Of a stretch of 54,168 bases of DNA, positions 8,910 to 19,480 are shown piece after piece; the first letter of the stretch is position 1; each line of letters begins with the position of its first letter. The stretch is from a virus (taxonomy: Duplodnaviria > Caudoviricetes): positions 1-54,168 of IMG/VR virus record IMGVR_UViG_3300042197_001558; one strand, given 5' to 3'. Under the pieces are notes generated by a model. The model made no database searches. It saw nothing but the letters and a program-made list of their open reading frames with translations, and was not told where the DNA came from. Both the position numbers and the translations under genes were made by a program.

Positions 8910-9869
8910 ATGAGTTTAAAACAAGACATCCTAAAATATAGTAGACAGGAGAACTTACACTCCTTAAGTGGCTGGTTTGATTCCAGCCTAAGTGATCTAA
9001 TCGAAGACGGCACATACAGTGATCAGAACGGATTAGATGAAACTGGCCGTAAATTGATAAGTGGGTTGATCGCATACACTAATCGTCATAAAATAAGTAC
9101 GGCCGTGATTGGAATGAGCGGTGGTGTAGATAGTGCGTTAACTGCGGCATTGTTCAAATCTGCTGGCTGGCGTGTTATTGGTGTGACTATGCCCATACAC
9201 CAGCGCGAAGAGGAAACTGAACGTGGCATCGTGGCATGTAAAGCACTAGGAATTCAACATAAGCATATTGATTTAACAAAATCATATGATGCGTTATTGA
9301 AATCTGTTGCCGCACATGATCCAGAAATTAACGACAAAGAAAACTCTATACGAAGAGGTAATTTGCGTGTTAGATTGAGGATGATGACCTTATACAATCA
9401 GGCTAGTTTACATCGTGGATTAGTGGGTAGTACTGATAATTTCAGTGAATTAGCAACTGGATTTTGGACCCTACATGGTGATGTGGGTGATGTTGCGCCT
9501 ATTCAAAGTTTGCTTAAGAGTTGGGAAGTTCCTAAGTTAGCGGAAATGTATGGTGTTCCTGAAGAAACTGTGTTTGCTACTCCGACAGACGGATTAGGAA
9601 TCAGTAATGGCGACGAAGATCAATTTGGCTTTAGTTATCTTGAACTTGATATTGTATTGATGAAGTTATGTTCTTTGTTAAGTATTGGTATGGAATATCA
9701 ATCAGCGATGAATGTATTAAATGTATCTAGTTCTGATGTTGAAAAAGTTAATAAGATACTTTCTAGAATTTCTAGTAGTAAATTCAAGCGTCAAAATCCA
9801 TATAATCTAGAACATCCTATTCAACGATATAGATATACAGGTTTAAAACAATTAGACACAAATATATGA
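8910..9869 (+). CDS. nadE: NH3-dependent NAD+ synthetase
   Basis: SGGVDS, GNLRVRLRM, TDNFSE, GFWTLHGD, PTDGL, DEDQFG. Confidence 0.88.
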   Translation: MSLKQDILKYSRQENLHSLSGWFDSSLSDLIEDGTYSDQNGLDETGRKLISGLIAYTNRHKISTAVIGMSGGVDSALTAALFKSAGWRVIGVTMPIHQREEETERGIVACKALGIQHKHIDLTKSYDALLKSVAAHDPEINDKENSIRRGNLRVRLRMMTLYNQASLHRGLVGSTDNFSELATGFWTLHGDVGDVAPIQSLLKSWEVPKLAEMYGVPEETVFATPTDGLGISNGDEDQFGFSYLELDIVLMKLCSLLSIGMEYQSAMNVLNVSSSDVEKVNKILSRISSSKFKRQNPYNLEHPIQRYRYTGLKQLDTNI

Positions 9870-10642
9870 ATAAAATAAAAAACTATGTTGTGGGGCAGCA
9901 TTATAAAGTAAAAGAGACTAAATGGAGCTGGAAAGATACTAAAGACGAGGGTGATCAGTATGTTGCTTATAAACGCATGTATCAATTAAGCAGAGCCAGT
10001 CTTACGAAGTTTTTAGCAGGTCCTTGGGAAGAAATTTGTTATCAAGGAGAAATTGACTATATTGGGCAGGCGGCTAAAAAGTCAATGACTCTTATTAGAG
10101 ATTTGTGGCATAGTGAACCATGTAATATATTGGTATTAGGTCCAGATTGTCAGATGGTTCAACCAACAAAAATATTTGGAGAGTTCAATGAATTCAGAAT
10201 GTTTAATTGGACAGATCCAAAATCACATAGCGGTAATAACTATTGGAATTATAAAATACCAAATTATTTTAATGGAGATATGCTATATTATCCTAGTACC
10301 TTGAGTTCAGAATTTTGGAAAAAATACGATGAATTAAGCAAGGATTGGCATGTGGATAATACTGTTGCTACATGGGGCAATGATCAAATAGTTAATAATA
10401 TGTTATTTTGGAATCAAGAATTATCTTGGGAACAGGCCCATCAGCCAAAATTATTTTATCAAGCACAATGGATTCCTGCATGGGCGCCTATTGAAGTCCA
10501 AGATCAATGGAACGGCTGTTCTAGCAGTGAGGCACATATTATTCATTGGCACGCGAGTAGACATATTCCTACAAAACTTGCGGCCATGGAAAATATCAAT
10601 GAAGTTTTGAATATACCTGAATATACGGGTGTTCTACAGTAA
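9866..10642 (+). CDS. putative GT-A-like glycosyltransferase
   Basis: LGPDCQM (DxD-like), FNGD, NDQ, IIHWH; sugar-cluster context. Confidence 0.5.
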   Translation: MNKIKNYVVGQHYKVKETKWSWKDTKDEGDQYVAYKRMYQLSRASLTKFLAGPWEEICYQGEIDYIGQAAKKSMTLIRDLWHSEPCNILVLGPDCQMVQPTKIFGEFNEFRMFNWTDPKSHSGNNYWNYKIPNYFNGDMLYYPSTLSSEFWKKYDELSKDWHVDNTVATWGNDQIVNNMLFWNQELSWEQAHQPKLFYQAQWIPAWAPIEVQDQWNGCSSSEAHIIHWHASRHIPTKLAAMENINEVLNIPEYTGVLQ

Positions 10643-10659
10643 ATCAACAAGGAGTAAAC

Positions 10660-11463
10660 ATGAATTTAAAAGAAAAGCAAATGCTGGACATTCTGAAGAA
10701 GGGCAAACAGGAGTACGGATTTGATGCGGTAAAGGCCGAATTTGAGGCAGAAGGCACGAGAATAGATGAACTTTTGAGATTGGTTGAAATAACTAGAAAA
10801 GCAGATCTTAAAATTGGTCTTAAAATTGGTGGATGTGAAGCCATGAGAGATTTAATGGAGGTTAAACAAATAGGCGTTGATTATATCATCGCCCCTATGG
10901 TTGAAACTCCTTACGCTTTATGGAAATTCATTGACGCGAAAAATAAAATATATAATGAAGAAGACCGTAAAGACGTCAAGTTTCTAACAAATTTAGAAAC
11001 TATTACAGGATACACCAATCTTTCTAGTATGGTTAAGACTGCCACCGTTGATAATGGTCTAAACGGGTTAGTGTTTGGCAGAGTTGATTTTGCCATGAGC
11101 ATGGGAAAAAATGGCAGAGAAGACATTAATAATCAAGAAATCACTAATATGATTTTGGAAACAGCAAAAGCATGTAAGTGGGCCAATTTAGAACTAGTAA
11201 TGGGTGGTGGTATAAGCATGGATGCTATTCCGGCAATTCGGCAAATTCAATCAGTTCATTTGACTCGGTACGAAACACGAAAGATTATATTTGACGGCCA
11301 GGCTATAAATTTACCAGATGCTGATAAAGCTTTACTTTCAGCCGTTCACTTTGAACTTCTGTGGTTAAAGAATAAGAGAGATTATTATGGTTCTATTTTC
11401 AGAGAAGATGATAAGAGAATCGAAATGTTAGATTCTCGTTGGAAAGTTCTCAGTGGTAGTTAA
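10660..11463 (+). CDS. HpcH/HpaI aldolase/citrate-lyase family
   Basis: [27 protein letters not shown]. Confidence 0.8.
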   Translation: MNLKEKQMLDILKKGKQEYGFDAVKAEFEAEGTRIDELLRLVEITRKADLKIGLKIGGCEAMRDLMEVKQIGVDYIIAPMVETPYALWKFIDAKNKIYNEEDRKDVKFLTNLETITGYTNLSSMVKTATVDNGLNGLVFGRVDFAMSMGKNGREDINNQEITNMILETAKACKWANLELVMGGGISMDAIPAIRQIQSVHLTRYETRKIIFDGQAINLPDADKALLSAVHFELLWLKNKRDYYGSIFREDDKRIEMLDSRWKVLSGS

Positions 11464-12478
11464 TCAATACTGATTTAATAGAAACGTCAACACTATGCCA
11501 GAAGTCATCTGAGTTATTAAATCCACGTTTCTCTATAATAGTATCTACGGGCAATATTATGTTAATTTTATTGCCTGTATTTTTTTTGTCTTTTAATAAA
11601 GCACTACGTAAATCTGTACGATTTATACTGAAATCCGTAAAGCCTAAATAACTATCTTTTAACACATTGTGTAGACGTAAATATCTATCATCGTTGATTA
11701 GATTACGATGTAATGAAAATTTGTTAGCAATATCCATTCCTATACTTACGGCTATTCCATGTGGAATAGCAAAATTACTAGCACTTTCTATGGCATGACC
11801 AAAACAATGTCCATAATTTAAGATATTTCTTATCCCCTTATCAAATTCATCTTCTTCTATAAAAATTTTTTTGATTTGTAAAGCATCAAATAAAAATTTA
11901 TCTAAATTATTTCTAATACAATTATAATCAATAGTTTTATTATCTATAATAAACAATTTTATGATTTCACCAATGCCAGATTTGATTTCAGTTTCAGATA
12001 ATGTATCAAGAAATTGATTAGATATTACTACTTTATTAGGAGGAGTAAAAGATCCCAATAAGTTTTTATATTTTCCAAAATTTATACTACTTTTTGAACC
12101 TATACAACTGTCCGCTTGAGCAAGTAAAGTTGTTGGTACAAACGTCCAATCTATACCACGCATAAAATTATTGGCAATAAAACAAGTAATATCTTGAGTT
12201 ATGCCGCCACCAATTGCTACTAATTTACTATCTCTTTTTAAGTTTAAATCAAGTAATGAAGATATTATCGGAGATATATTATCAAAACTTTTTGTGCTTT
12301 CAGTAGCATCGATCAACACAATTTTATCTGTTTTTAAAATATTTTGTACTAAGGAAAATACATTTCGATCAATAATAAAATGAGTTCCAAGATCATTTAT
12401 TTTACTGCTGTGTAGTAGATTGTTATCAAATTCAACTGAATATACAATCTTGTGAGATTTAATTTCAAAATTATGCAC
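11450..12478 (-). CDS. 3-dehydroquinate synthase-like sugar-phosphate cyclase
   Basis: [39 protein letters not shown]; probable GTG start at 12478. Confidence 0.85.
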   Translation of the reverse strand: MHNFEIKSHKIVYSVEFDNNLLHSSKINDLGTHFIIDRNVFSLVQNILKTDKIVLIDATESTKSFDNISPIISSLLDLNLKRDSKLVAIGGGITQDITCFIANNFMRGIDWTFVPTTLLAQADSCIGSKSSINFGKYKNLLGSFTPPNKVVISNQFLDTLSETEIKSGIGEIIKLFIIDNKTIDYNCIRNNLDKFLFDALQIKKIFIEEDEFDKGIRNILNYGHCFGHAIESASNFAIPHGIAVSIGMDIANKFSLHRNLINDDRYLRLHNVLKDSYLGFTDFSINRTDLRSALLKDKKNTGNKINIILPVDTIIEKRGFNNSDDFWHSVDVSIKSVLINYH

Positions 12479-13178
12479 GACTGAAGCCCCCATCTATTGA
12501 TAAATTTTGTCCAGTTATATATGTATTCTCTTCACTGGTTAACCAAAATATAAATTTTGAAACTTCATCAGACTTTGCTAAACGATTGATCGGTACAGAT
12601 TCTAATATTTTAGCAATGCCCCTTTCGCCTAAATTTTTGTGAGTCATTTCAGTGTCTATAAATCCCGGAGAAACGCAGTTACACAGGATACCCTTGCTAG
12701 AAAATTCACTAGCAATCGCAGTTGTCAGACCGTCTATTCCAAATTTACTCACAGAATAACTGGCTCGACCTTTTTTACTTTTTTTGCCCCACACTGAACT
12801 TATACTTACTATTCTGCCCCAATTATTATTACTCATATGAGGAATAACAGATTGACTAATTCTAAAGTGTGAGTATACATTTACTTGTTGAATTTTTAGA
12901 AAGGTCAATGGATTTATTTCACAAAAATCATTGATAATATTAATGCCAGCATTGTTGATCAATATATCTATATCCAACGTTTGAGCAATTTTGGCAAAAT
13001 TTTCAATTTGATCCATATTCTCAAAGTCTACCGAATAATATTCGTTAAGGTGGTCCGGTGTGTTTCTTAAATTTTTTGTACCCGTACCAATAACATAATA
13101 ATTTTTAGTTTTGTATAGTTCTGCTGTTGATTTGCCTATGCCTCTGGTTGATCCTGTAATTAAAACTCGCTTCATCAT
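12471..13178 (-). CDS. short-chain dehydrogenase/reductase
   Basis: TGSTRGIG, NNAG, YSVSK, PGFIDT. Confidence 0.9.
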   Translation of the reverse strand: MMKRVLITGSTRGIGKSTAELYKTKNYYVIGTGTKNLRNTPDHLNEYYSVDFENMDQIENFAKIAQTLDIDILINNAGINIINDFCEINPLTFLKIQQVNVYSHFRISQSVIPHMSNNNWGRIVSISSVWGKKSKKGRASYSVSKFGIDGLTTAIASEFSSKGILCNCVSPGFIDTEMTHKNLGERGIAKILESVPINRLAKSDEVSKFIFWLTSEENTYITGQNLSIDGGFSRA

Positions 13179-13218
13179 TTTCCTTTACAACTTGTTTTCA
13201 ATGTGTTATATTAGCACA

Positions 13219-13228
13219 TAAATATTTA
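13219..13228. promoter_or_regulatory. palindromic, possibly bidirectional late promoter
   Basis: TAAATATTTA gives TAAATA on both strands between divergent genes. Confidence 0.5.
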
Positions 13229-13269
13229 CCTATCTAGTGAATTGAAAAATAATTTAAGTAAGGATAAAA

Positions 13270-15051
13270 ATGAGAGTTTGTGATTATATCGCATCAAAAT
13301 TGGTTGAATTGGGAATCAATAAAGTATATGGATTAGTTGGAGGAAGTACGGCAGGAATCAATGATGGATTTATAAGTCATTCAAGTATTGATTTCATACC
13401 ATTTCATCATGAACAGGGTGCGGGTCATGCCGCTGTGGGTTCGGCCAGAACTAACAACAAATTAAGTGTTTGTAATGTTACCGCTGGATGTGGTGTCACT
13501 AATGCAATGACCAGTTTATTAAATGCGTGGGAAGAAAGTGCCCCTGTTTTGTTCATTAGTGGCAATACCGCAATGGCTAATCAAGCAAAATATATTAATA
13601 AAAGTAAAAATATATCTCTTAGAAAATATGGTATTCAAGATTTTGATTGTATCAAAGCAGTAAGCGGAATAAGCAAATATGCTGTAGCAATTGAAGATGC
13701 TAGTATGGTTCCATATGAGTTAAGCAAAGCAATATATTATGCAACGACCGGAAGATTAGGCCCAGTTTGGATTGATATTCCTGGTAATTTACAAGCGGCC
13801 GAAATACCAAACAATCATCCTGTTTTTACACCCGCAGAATCGATACTAGATGTCAATTACGATAAGATAACACAAATTTTTCAAGATTATATATTTAAAT
13901 CTCGTAGGCCATTAATTGTAGCGGGTAATGGCATTAATTTAGGAAATGCTAAAAATCTATTCAAACAATTAGTTGATGCTTACAAAATTCCATTCGTAAG
14001 CACATTTTTGTCCAGAGATCTTATTGAGTATGATCATCCACAAAATTTAGGTTTGATGGGAATTAAAGGAAATCGTTGTGCAAATTTTGCCCTTCAAAAT
14101 AGTGACTGTTTGATAATTTTAGGATGCTCAATGAACGTGACTCATATAGGATATGATGCGAAATCGTTTAGTCCTGCTAGTACAAAAATTATGATTGATA
14201 TTGATGAGAGTGAATTAAGAAAAGATATATTTAAAATTGATGTATCTTTGAATATGAACGTTTATGATTTTCTGTATCAGGCTACTGAAAATATTAATTC
14301 TGAGTGGGAATTTCTAGATTGGACAAATAAGTGTTTATATTGGAAAAATAAGTGGCCCATATATGATTCAAGCGTACACAGATCAGACAATGGCGGATTA
14401 AATTTGTATGAAATAGTTGAAAGCATAAATCGCCATATGTTGTCAAACGATTGTTTTATCGTTGATGCTGGTCAACCTTGTTACATATTGTCTACGAATG
14501 GTAAGTACAAGAGTGATTGTAGATATATGGCGCAATCGGCGCAGGGGGATATGGGATACGCTGTCCCTGCCAGTGTGGGAGTTCATTACGCTAATTCAGA
14601 TCTTAACGTTACCCTTGTGATAGGAGAGGGAAGTTTTTATACTAACATGCAGGAATTGGCAGTTATTCGTCAATTCAACATTCCAGTTAAAATATTTGTT
14701 ATCAACAACGATGGATATCTTAGTATCAAACAAACTCAAAACAAATTTTTTGGCGGTAGACAATGGGGAGTTAATTCTAGTACAGGTATATACTTTGCTG
14801 ACATTAAAAAAGTCGCAGATAGTTTTGAACTAGAGTATATGAAAATTGAGTCCAATCAGGATCTTGATCAAAATATGGCAAAAATTTTACATTATGATAA
14901 GCCGATAATAGTAGAGTTTATTAGTCAGCATAGTTTAGATGTATTGCCTGCCCAGGCGGTTAAGCCAGATGGTTCACAGGGTGGACTTCATGATATGGCA
15001 CCATTCTTGTCTAGTGATGAGTTATCAAAAGAAATGATTGTTAAAATATGA
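13270..15051 (+). CDS. TPP-dependent enzyme (acetolactate synthase/YerE-like)
   Basis: HHEQGAG, GPVWIDIP, GEGS...NN TPP motif. Confidence 0.88.
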   Translation: MRVCDYIASKLVELGINKVYGLVGGSTAGINDGFISHSSIDFIPFHHEQGAGHAAVGSARTNNKLSVCNVTAGCGVTNAMTSLLNAWEESAPVLFISGNTAMANQAKYINKSKNISLRKYGIQDFDCIKAVSGISKYAVAIEDASMVPYELSKAIYYATTGRLGPVWIDIPGNLQAAEIPNNHPVFTPAESILDVNYDKITQIFQDYIFKSRRPLIVAGNGINLGNAKNLFKQLVDAYKIPFVSTFLSRDLIEYDHPQNLGLMGIKGNRCANFALQNSDCLIILGCSMNVTHIGYDAKSFSPASTKIMIDIDESELRKDIFKIDVSLNMNVYDFLYQATENINSEWEFLDWTNKCLYWKNKWPIYDSSVHRSDNGGLNLYEIVESINRHMLSNDCFIVDAGQPCYILSTNGKYKSDCRYMAQSAQGDMGYAVPASVGVHYANSDLNVTLVIGEGSFYTNMQELAVIRQFNIPVKIFVINNDGYLSIKQTQNKFFGGRQWGVNSSTGIYFADIKKVADSFELEYMKIESNQDLDQNMAKILHYDKPIIVEFISQHSLDVLPAQAVKPDGSQGGLHDMAPFLSSDELSKEMIVKI

Positions 15052-15848
15052 AAATTGCTGTATTAGGTTGCAACGGGTTCATTGGATCATCGATTACAAA
15101 ATATTTGAGTTCAAAATACAATGTCGTTCCTGTATCAAGAAAAACAGTAGATCTACTTAACCCTAGTAGTGTTAAGGATTTTTTGAAATCAAATTATTTT
15201 GATGTAATTATCAATGCTGCTGCTGTAATGACTGATTCTTGTAATATACAAGATGCTAGGAATAATCTTGGAATTTTTATGAATTTCTATAATAATTCAA
15301 GTTATTTTGGTAAATTTATTAATACTGGATCAGGAGCAGAATTTGACAGAACTCTTAATATTAATTGTATCAAAGAAGAAAACATTTTTAATGTTTTACC
15401 GTTTGATAGTTATGGGTTTGGACAAAATATAAAAAGTAGACTATGTTACGATAAAAACAATTTTTATACATTAAGAATATTTAATTGTTTTGGATTCAAT
15501 GAACCTAATACAAGAATATTTCCTAGACTATTATCTGCCAGTACAAGTTTTACTGTAACTAATGATAGATACTTTGATTATTTTAGTATTCATGATTTAT
15601 TAAAAGTTATAGATAATTGTATAGTTAAAAATTGGAATATATCTGATATTAACTGTACATATCCTACAAAATATAAAATTAGTCAAGTAGCAACAAAGTT
15701 TAATGAAATACACAAATTAAATTTACAAATTCAAGTAGTTACTGTGAGTGAAAACAATTATACAGGAGATTGTGATAATTTACTATCGCTGGGTATAAAA
15801 TTACATGGATTAGATCACGGGTTAATCAAATATAAAGAAAGTTATTAA
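15048..15848 (+). CDS. NAD-dependent epimerase/reductase
   Basis: GCNGFIG, GSGAEF, LRIFNCFG. Confidence 0.85.
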   Translation: MKIAVLGCNGFIGSSITKYLSSKYNVVPVSRKTVDLLNPSSVKDFLKSNYFDVIINAAAVMTDSCNIQDARNNLGIFMNFYNNSSYFGKFINTGSGAEFDRTLNINCIKEENIFNVLPFDSYGFGQNIKSRLCYDKNNFYTLRIFNCFGFNEPNTRIFPRLLSASTSFTVTNDRYFDYFSIHDLLKVIDNCIVKNWNISDINCTYPTKYKISQVATKFNEIHKLNLQIQVVTVSENNYTGDCDNLLSLGIKLHGLDHGLIKYKESY

Positions 15849-16786
15849 TGAAAAAAATAGTATATATAACGGGATGTTTAGGATTTATTGGTTATCACGT
15901 AACTCGTGCTTGTTTAGACCAAGGATGGTACGTGCGAGGCATTGATCGCTGTACTTATGCCGCAAATATTAATTTATTGCCTGAGTTAAAAAGATATAAC
16001 AATTTTGAATTTGAACAACATGATATCAATGATATTACCAGACTATACGATTGTGATTACATTATTAATCTTGCTGCGGAAACGCATGTAGATAACAGCA
16101 TAGAAAACAGTGATGACTTTGTAAGCAGTAATATAAATGGTGTTCATAATCTGCTTAAATTAATAGCAAGAAAAAAGCATAAAAAACCAGTATTCTTTCA
16201 TTTTAGCACTGATGAAGTGTATGGCGATATTAAGGAAGGAAGTCATACTGAAACAGATTTATTAAAGCCTAGTAATCCGTACAGTGCGACTAAAGCGGCT
16301 GCTGATATGCTAATATTGGCATGGGCTAGGACATATGAAATTCCCTATATAATTGTCAGACCAACGAATAATTATGGCATTGGACAATATGTAGAGAAGT
16401 TGATTCCAAAAACATGTAAATTTTTAAGTGTTGGAAGAAAAATTGATTTACATGATCGTGGACTTCCTGTGAGAACATGGCTACATGCTAGTGATACCGC
16501 ATCAGCAGTGCTTACTATAATCAATTCTGGCAAAATTAATGAAATTTACAACATCAGTGGCAATGTGGAAATGCAGAATATTGAAGTTGTAAAGAAGATT
16601 TTGAAATTGTTTAACTTGGAATTTGATACAGAAAAATATATAGAATTGACTAAAAGACAAGGGCAGGACGTTCGCTATAGCATAGATGATAGTAAACTTA
16701 AATCTTTAGGATGGAATGGTGTGGCAAATTTTGACACTGAGTTAGAAAAGATAGTACAATACTACAAACAACATTTTATATGGTAA
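15848..16786 (+). CDS. rmlB: dTDP-glucose 4,6-dehydratase
   Basis: AAETHVDNS, STDEVYG, PSNPYSATKA, EKLIP. Confidence 0.88.
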   Translation: MKKIVYITGCLGFIGYHVTRACLDQGWYVRGIDRCTYAANINLLPELKRYNNFEFEQHDINDITRLYDCDYIINLAAETHVDNSIENSDDFVSSNINGVHNLLKLIARKKHKKPVFFHFSTDEVYGDIKEGSHTETDLLKPSNPYSATKAAADMLILAWARTYEIPYIIVRPTNNYGIGQYVEKLIPKTCKFLSVGRKIDLHDRGLPVRTWLHASDTASAVLTIINSGKINEIYNISGNVEMQNIEVVKKILKLFNLEFDTEKYIELTKRQGQDVRYSIDDSKLKSLGWNGVANFDTELEKIVQYYKQHFIW

Positions 16787-16789
16787 AAT

Positions 16790-18109
16790 ATGGAACACAT
16801 TTTAACTGAAATCAAAAAATATATTGAAAACAAACAAGAAAATAAAACTTGGACGGCGGGTAAGGATTTTGTAAACTATGCTGGAGCATACTACGATAGT
16901 AGTGAGTTTGTAGCGGGTGTTCAAAGTCTACTAAACGGCTGGCTGGTTATGGGAGATGCTGGACAACGTTTTGAACGAGAATTTCCAAAACAATTTAATA
17001 AGCGTTATGGTGTAGTTACCAATAGTGGCAGTAGCAGTAATTTGCTCATGATGTCTACCTTGACCAGTAAACGTGGATACAATTTTCAAAAAGGCACTAA
17101 AGTATTGATGCCGATTGCTGGTTTTCCAACTACACTTAATCCAACTCTACAAGTAGGATTTGAGCCAGTATTCGTAGACATTGAACTTGATACCTTAAAT
17201 TTAGATTTAGATCAGGTAGAGAAAAAACTTCAAGAAGATCCGGAAATTCGTGTGATTACATTTGCTCATGTACTTGGTAATCCGCCTAATATGTCCAAAC
17301 TAATGGAATTAGTTAAAAAGTATAACTTAGTTTTGTTAGAAGATTGTTGTGATGCTCTAGGCAGTACCTATGATGATAAGCCGCTGGGCAGTTATGGATT
17401 GATGGCCAGTTGTAGTTTTTATCCAGCGCATCATATGACCATGGGAGAAGGCGGATTTGTCGCCACAGATGATCCACAAACTGAAATTATAGTTCGTAGT
17501 TTTCGAGAGTGGGGGCGTGGTTGTTATTGTGTTGGGCCAGAAGCAAACAAACTAAAATGCGGTACATGTGGCAAACGTTTTAATAATTGGATTCCTACAC
17601 TACCTGATCAAATTTTTGATCACAAATACGTATATGATGAAATTGGGTATAATCTAAAACCAATTGAATTACAGTGCGCTATGGGTTTAGAGCAAATTAA
17701 AAAATTGCCAGAAATTCATAAATTGCGTCGTAGAAATTATTCTCTATTATTCAACATCTATGAAAAGTATGAAGAGTTCTTTCACTTACCACGTCCTCAA
17801 GAAAATAGTGATCCTAGTTGGTTTGCATTTCCTCTAACGATCAGATCAACGGCACCATTTAGTAGAAATGATATTGTTGATTATTTAGAAGACAATCTGA
17901 TTCAAACCAGGCCATATTTTGCGGGTAATATTATGTTACAGCCAGCATATAGTCATCTTATGAATCCACTGGATGCTAAAAACAATTATCCAAATAGTAC
18001 ACATGCCATGCTAAACACATATTTTCATGGCACTAGTCCAGTAATAACACCGGAACAAATCGCCTACATTGGTGAAAAGGTCGATAATTTTATGAGTTTA
18101 TTTGTATAA
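16790..18109 (+). CDS. rfbH: NDP-4-keto-6-deoxyglucose 3-dehydratase (RfbH/DdhC, E1)
   Basis: NSGSSSNL, EDCCDALG, SFYPAHH (His in place of Lys), Cys cluster CYC..CGTC. Confidence 0.88.
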   Translation: MEHILTEIKKYIENKQENKTWTAGKDFVNYAGAYYDSSEFVAGVQSLLNGWLVMGDAGQRFEREFPKQFNKRYGVVTNSGSSSNLLMMSTLTSKRGYNFQKGTKVLMPIAGFPTTLNPTLQVGFEPVFVDIELDTLNLDLDQVEKKLQEDPEIRVITFAHVLGNPPNMSKLMELVKKYNLVLLEDCCDALGSTYDDKPLGSYGLMASCSFYPAHHMTMGEGGFVATDDPQTEIIVRSFREWGRGCYCVGPEANKLKCGTCGKRFNNWIPTLPDQIFDHKYVYDEIGYNLKPIELQCAMGLEQIKKLPEIHKLRRRNYSLLFNIYEKYEEFFHLPRPQENSDPSWFAFPLTIRSTAPFSRNDIVDYLEDNLIQTRPYFAGNIMLQPAYSHLMNPLDAKNNYPNSTHAMLNTYFHGTSPVITPEQIAYIGEKVDNFMSLFV

Positions 18110-18122
18110 AGGAAAAATTAAA

Positions 18123-18284
18123 ATGTTTGAATCACTTGAAATTAGGCGTGTTACTAATGGCTATATTGTTGTAGTACATACCGAAACAGAAGAAAAAGAA
18201 TATGTATATGATAGTAGTAGAAAAGTTCTTCGTGTAATTAAGGAATATCTTGAGACAAATAATTCAAGAGAATTGACAGGTTAA
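18123..18284 (+). CDS. hypothetical protein
   Basis: AAGGA SD before ATG18123. Confidence 0.65.
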   Translation: MFESLEIRRVTNGYIVVVHTETEEKEYVYDSSRKVLRVIKEYLETNNSRELTG

Positions 18285-18287
18285 TAT

Positions 18288-19085
18288 ATGAGATTTTGTA
18301 TTTCAGCACCAGAACGAAATAATAGTGTCAGTGCTGGAGTTAATGCTCTTTATGAATTGTGTGATGATTTAACGACATTAGGTTATAATTCCACAATATT
18401 ATTGTGGTCAGAATCTCACACTTTACAGGATGATGATATAGTAATATATCCAGAAGTTATAACCGGTAATCCACTGGGTGCAAAAAATGTTGTAAGATAC
18501 GTTTTGAATCGTGAAGGAGTATTAACGGGAAAAGGAATGAATGCGTCGTCTACTGATTTTATCTTCTCGTGGGCTAAAATATATCATCCTAATTCTCATG
18601 CTAGTTTACTTAAGTATAGTATACCTGAAACTTTCAATGATATTGATACAAAATCTACATTAGATCGTAACATTGATTGTACCTATATAGGAAAAGGGTC
18701 AATGTATACACAATGTTCTATAGTAAAAAATACAATTGATATCAATAAAAATAATCCAATTAGTAAGTCAGCATTAGCAGATTTGTTACGTAACACTAGA
18801 TTTTTATATACTTATGATACATTAACGTCAATTATAAATGAAGCAATATTATGTGGAGCAATGATCGTGCCTCTTTACTGGACTCCATTCACGGAAGAAG
18901 AAATGAACAACTCAGAGTATAAATTTCCATATGTGAACGTATCACAAAATAATGTAAACATACCATTAACTTATTTTAATGATAGAAAACGATATGTTCA
19001 AAATATTAAAACACACAATGATACATATTTAAAAAAATTGACAGTGATCGCTGATCAGATGATAGGACACTTTGGATTGTCCTAA
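18288..19085 (+). CDS. WavQ-like putative glycosyltransferase
   Basis: IVIYPEVITGNPLGAKNVVRYVLN; YDTLT..EAILCG. Confidence 0.6.
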   Translation: MRFCISAPERNNSVSAGVNALYELCDDLTTLGYNSTILLWSESHTLQDDDIVIYPEVITGNPLGAKNVVRYVLNREGVLTGKGMNASSTDFIFSWAKIYHPNSHASLLKYSIPETFNDIDTKSTLDRNIDCTYIGKGSMYTQCSIVKNTIDINKNNPISKSALADLLRNTRFLYTYDTLTSIINEAILCGAMIVPLYWTPFTEEEMNNSEYKFPYVNVSQNNVNIPLTYFNDRKRYVQNIKTHNDTYLKKLTVIADQMIGHFGLS

Positions 19086-19088
19086 TTT

Positions 19089-19117
19089 TTGACAGAAAAT
19101 ACTGTCGATGCTATACT
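19089..19117 (+). promoter_or_regulatory. early promoter
   Basis: TTGACA-N17-TATACT. Confidence 0.85.
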
Positions 19118-19147
19118 ACATCCATGTTGTTGAACATGGATTCCAAG

Positions 19148-19417
19148 ATGAACGCAGTTCCTACCGTCGAATTGTCCCGTTGCGATTATGATCGTCAGCG
19201 TAAGATCCTGAAGTTGGCCAGCGAAATCTTTTCCGGCCGTTTCCCTCGTCAGTTCAATGTTCGCAGCCATCACACTGGTCGGCAAGTTCTGTTCACCGTC
19301 GTTGGTGAAAATGATCGCCTGTTTGACCAGGATGGCTGGGATGGCGAAATGTGCGTTTATCGTCCTGATGGTGTTGTGCCAGGTGTGGATCACCTGGTCG
19401 TTCATCATCAATGGTAA
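19148..19417 (+). CDS. hypothetical early protein
   Basis: ORF between two promoters; start codon uncertain. Confidence 0.7.
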   Translation: MNAVPTVELSRCDYDRQRKILKLASEIFSGRFPRQFNVRSHHTGRQVLFTVVGENDRLFDQDGWDGEMCVYRPDGVVPGVDHLVVHHQW

Positions 19418-19418
19418 T

Positions 19419-19447
19419 TTGACAGAAATTACCTTCTCATATATAAT
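19419..19447 (+). promoter_or_regulatory. early promoter
   Basis: TTGACA-N17-TATAAT. Confidence 0.9.
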
Positions 19448-19480
19448 CAGTTCTTCAGTCAACAAGTCGGAGTAAATCAA

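Noticed and set aside
11450-15051. Amino-acid biosynthesis genes (aroB, ilvB)
   Set aside because: No other shikimate or branched-chain genes; embedded among NDP-sugar enzymes, so a sugar role is more likely
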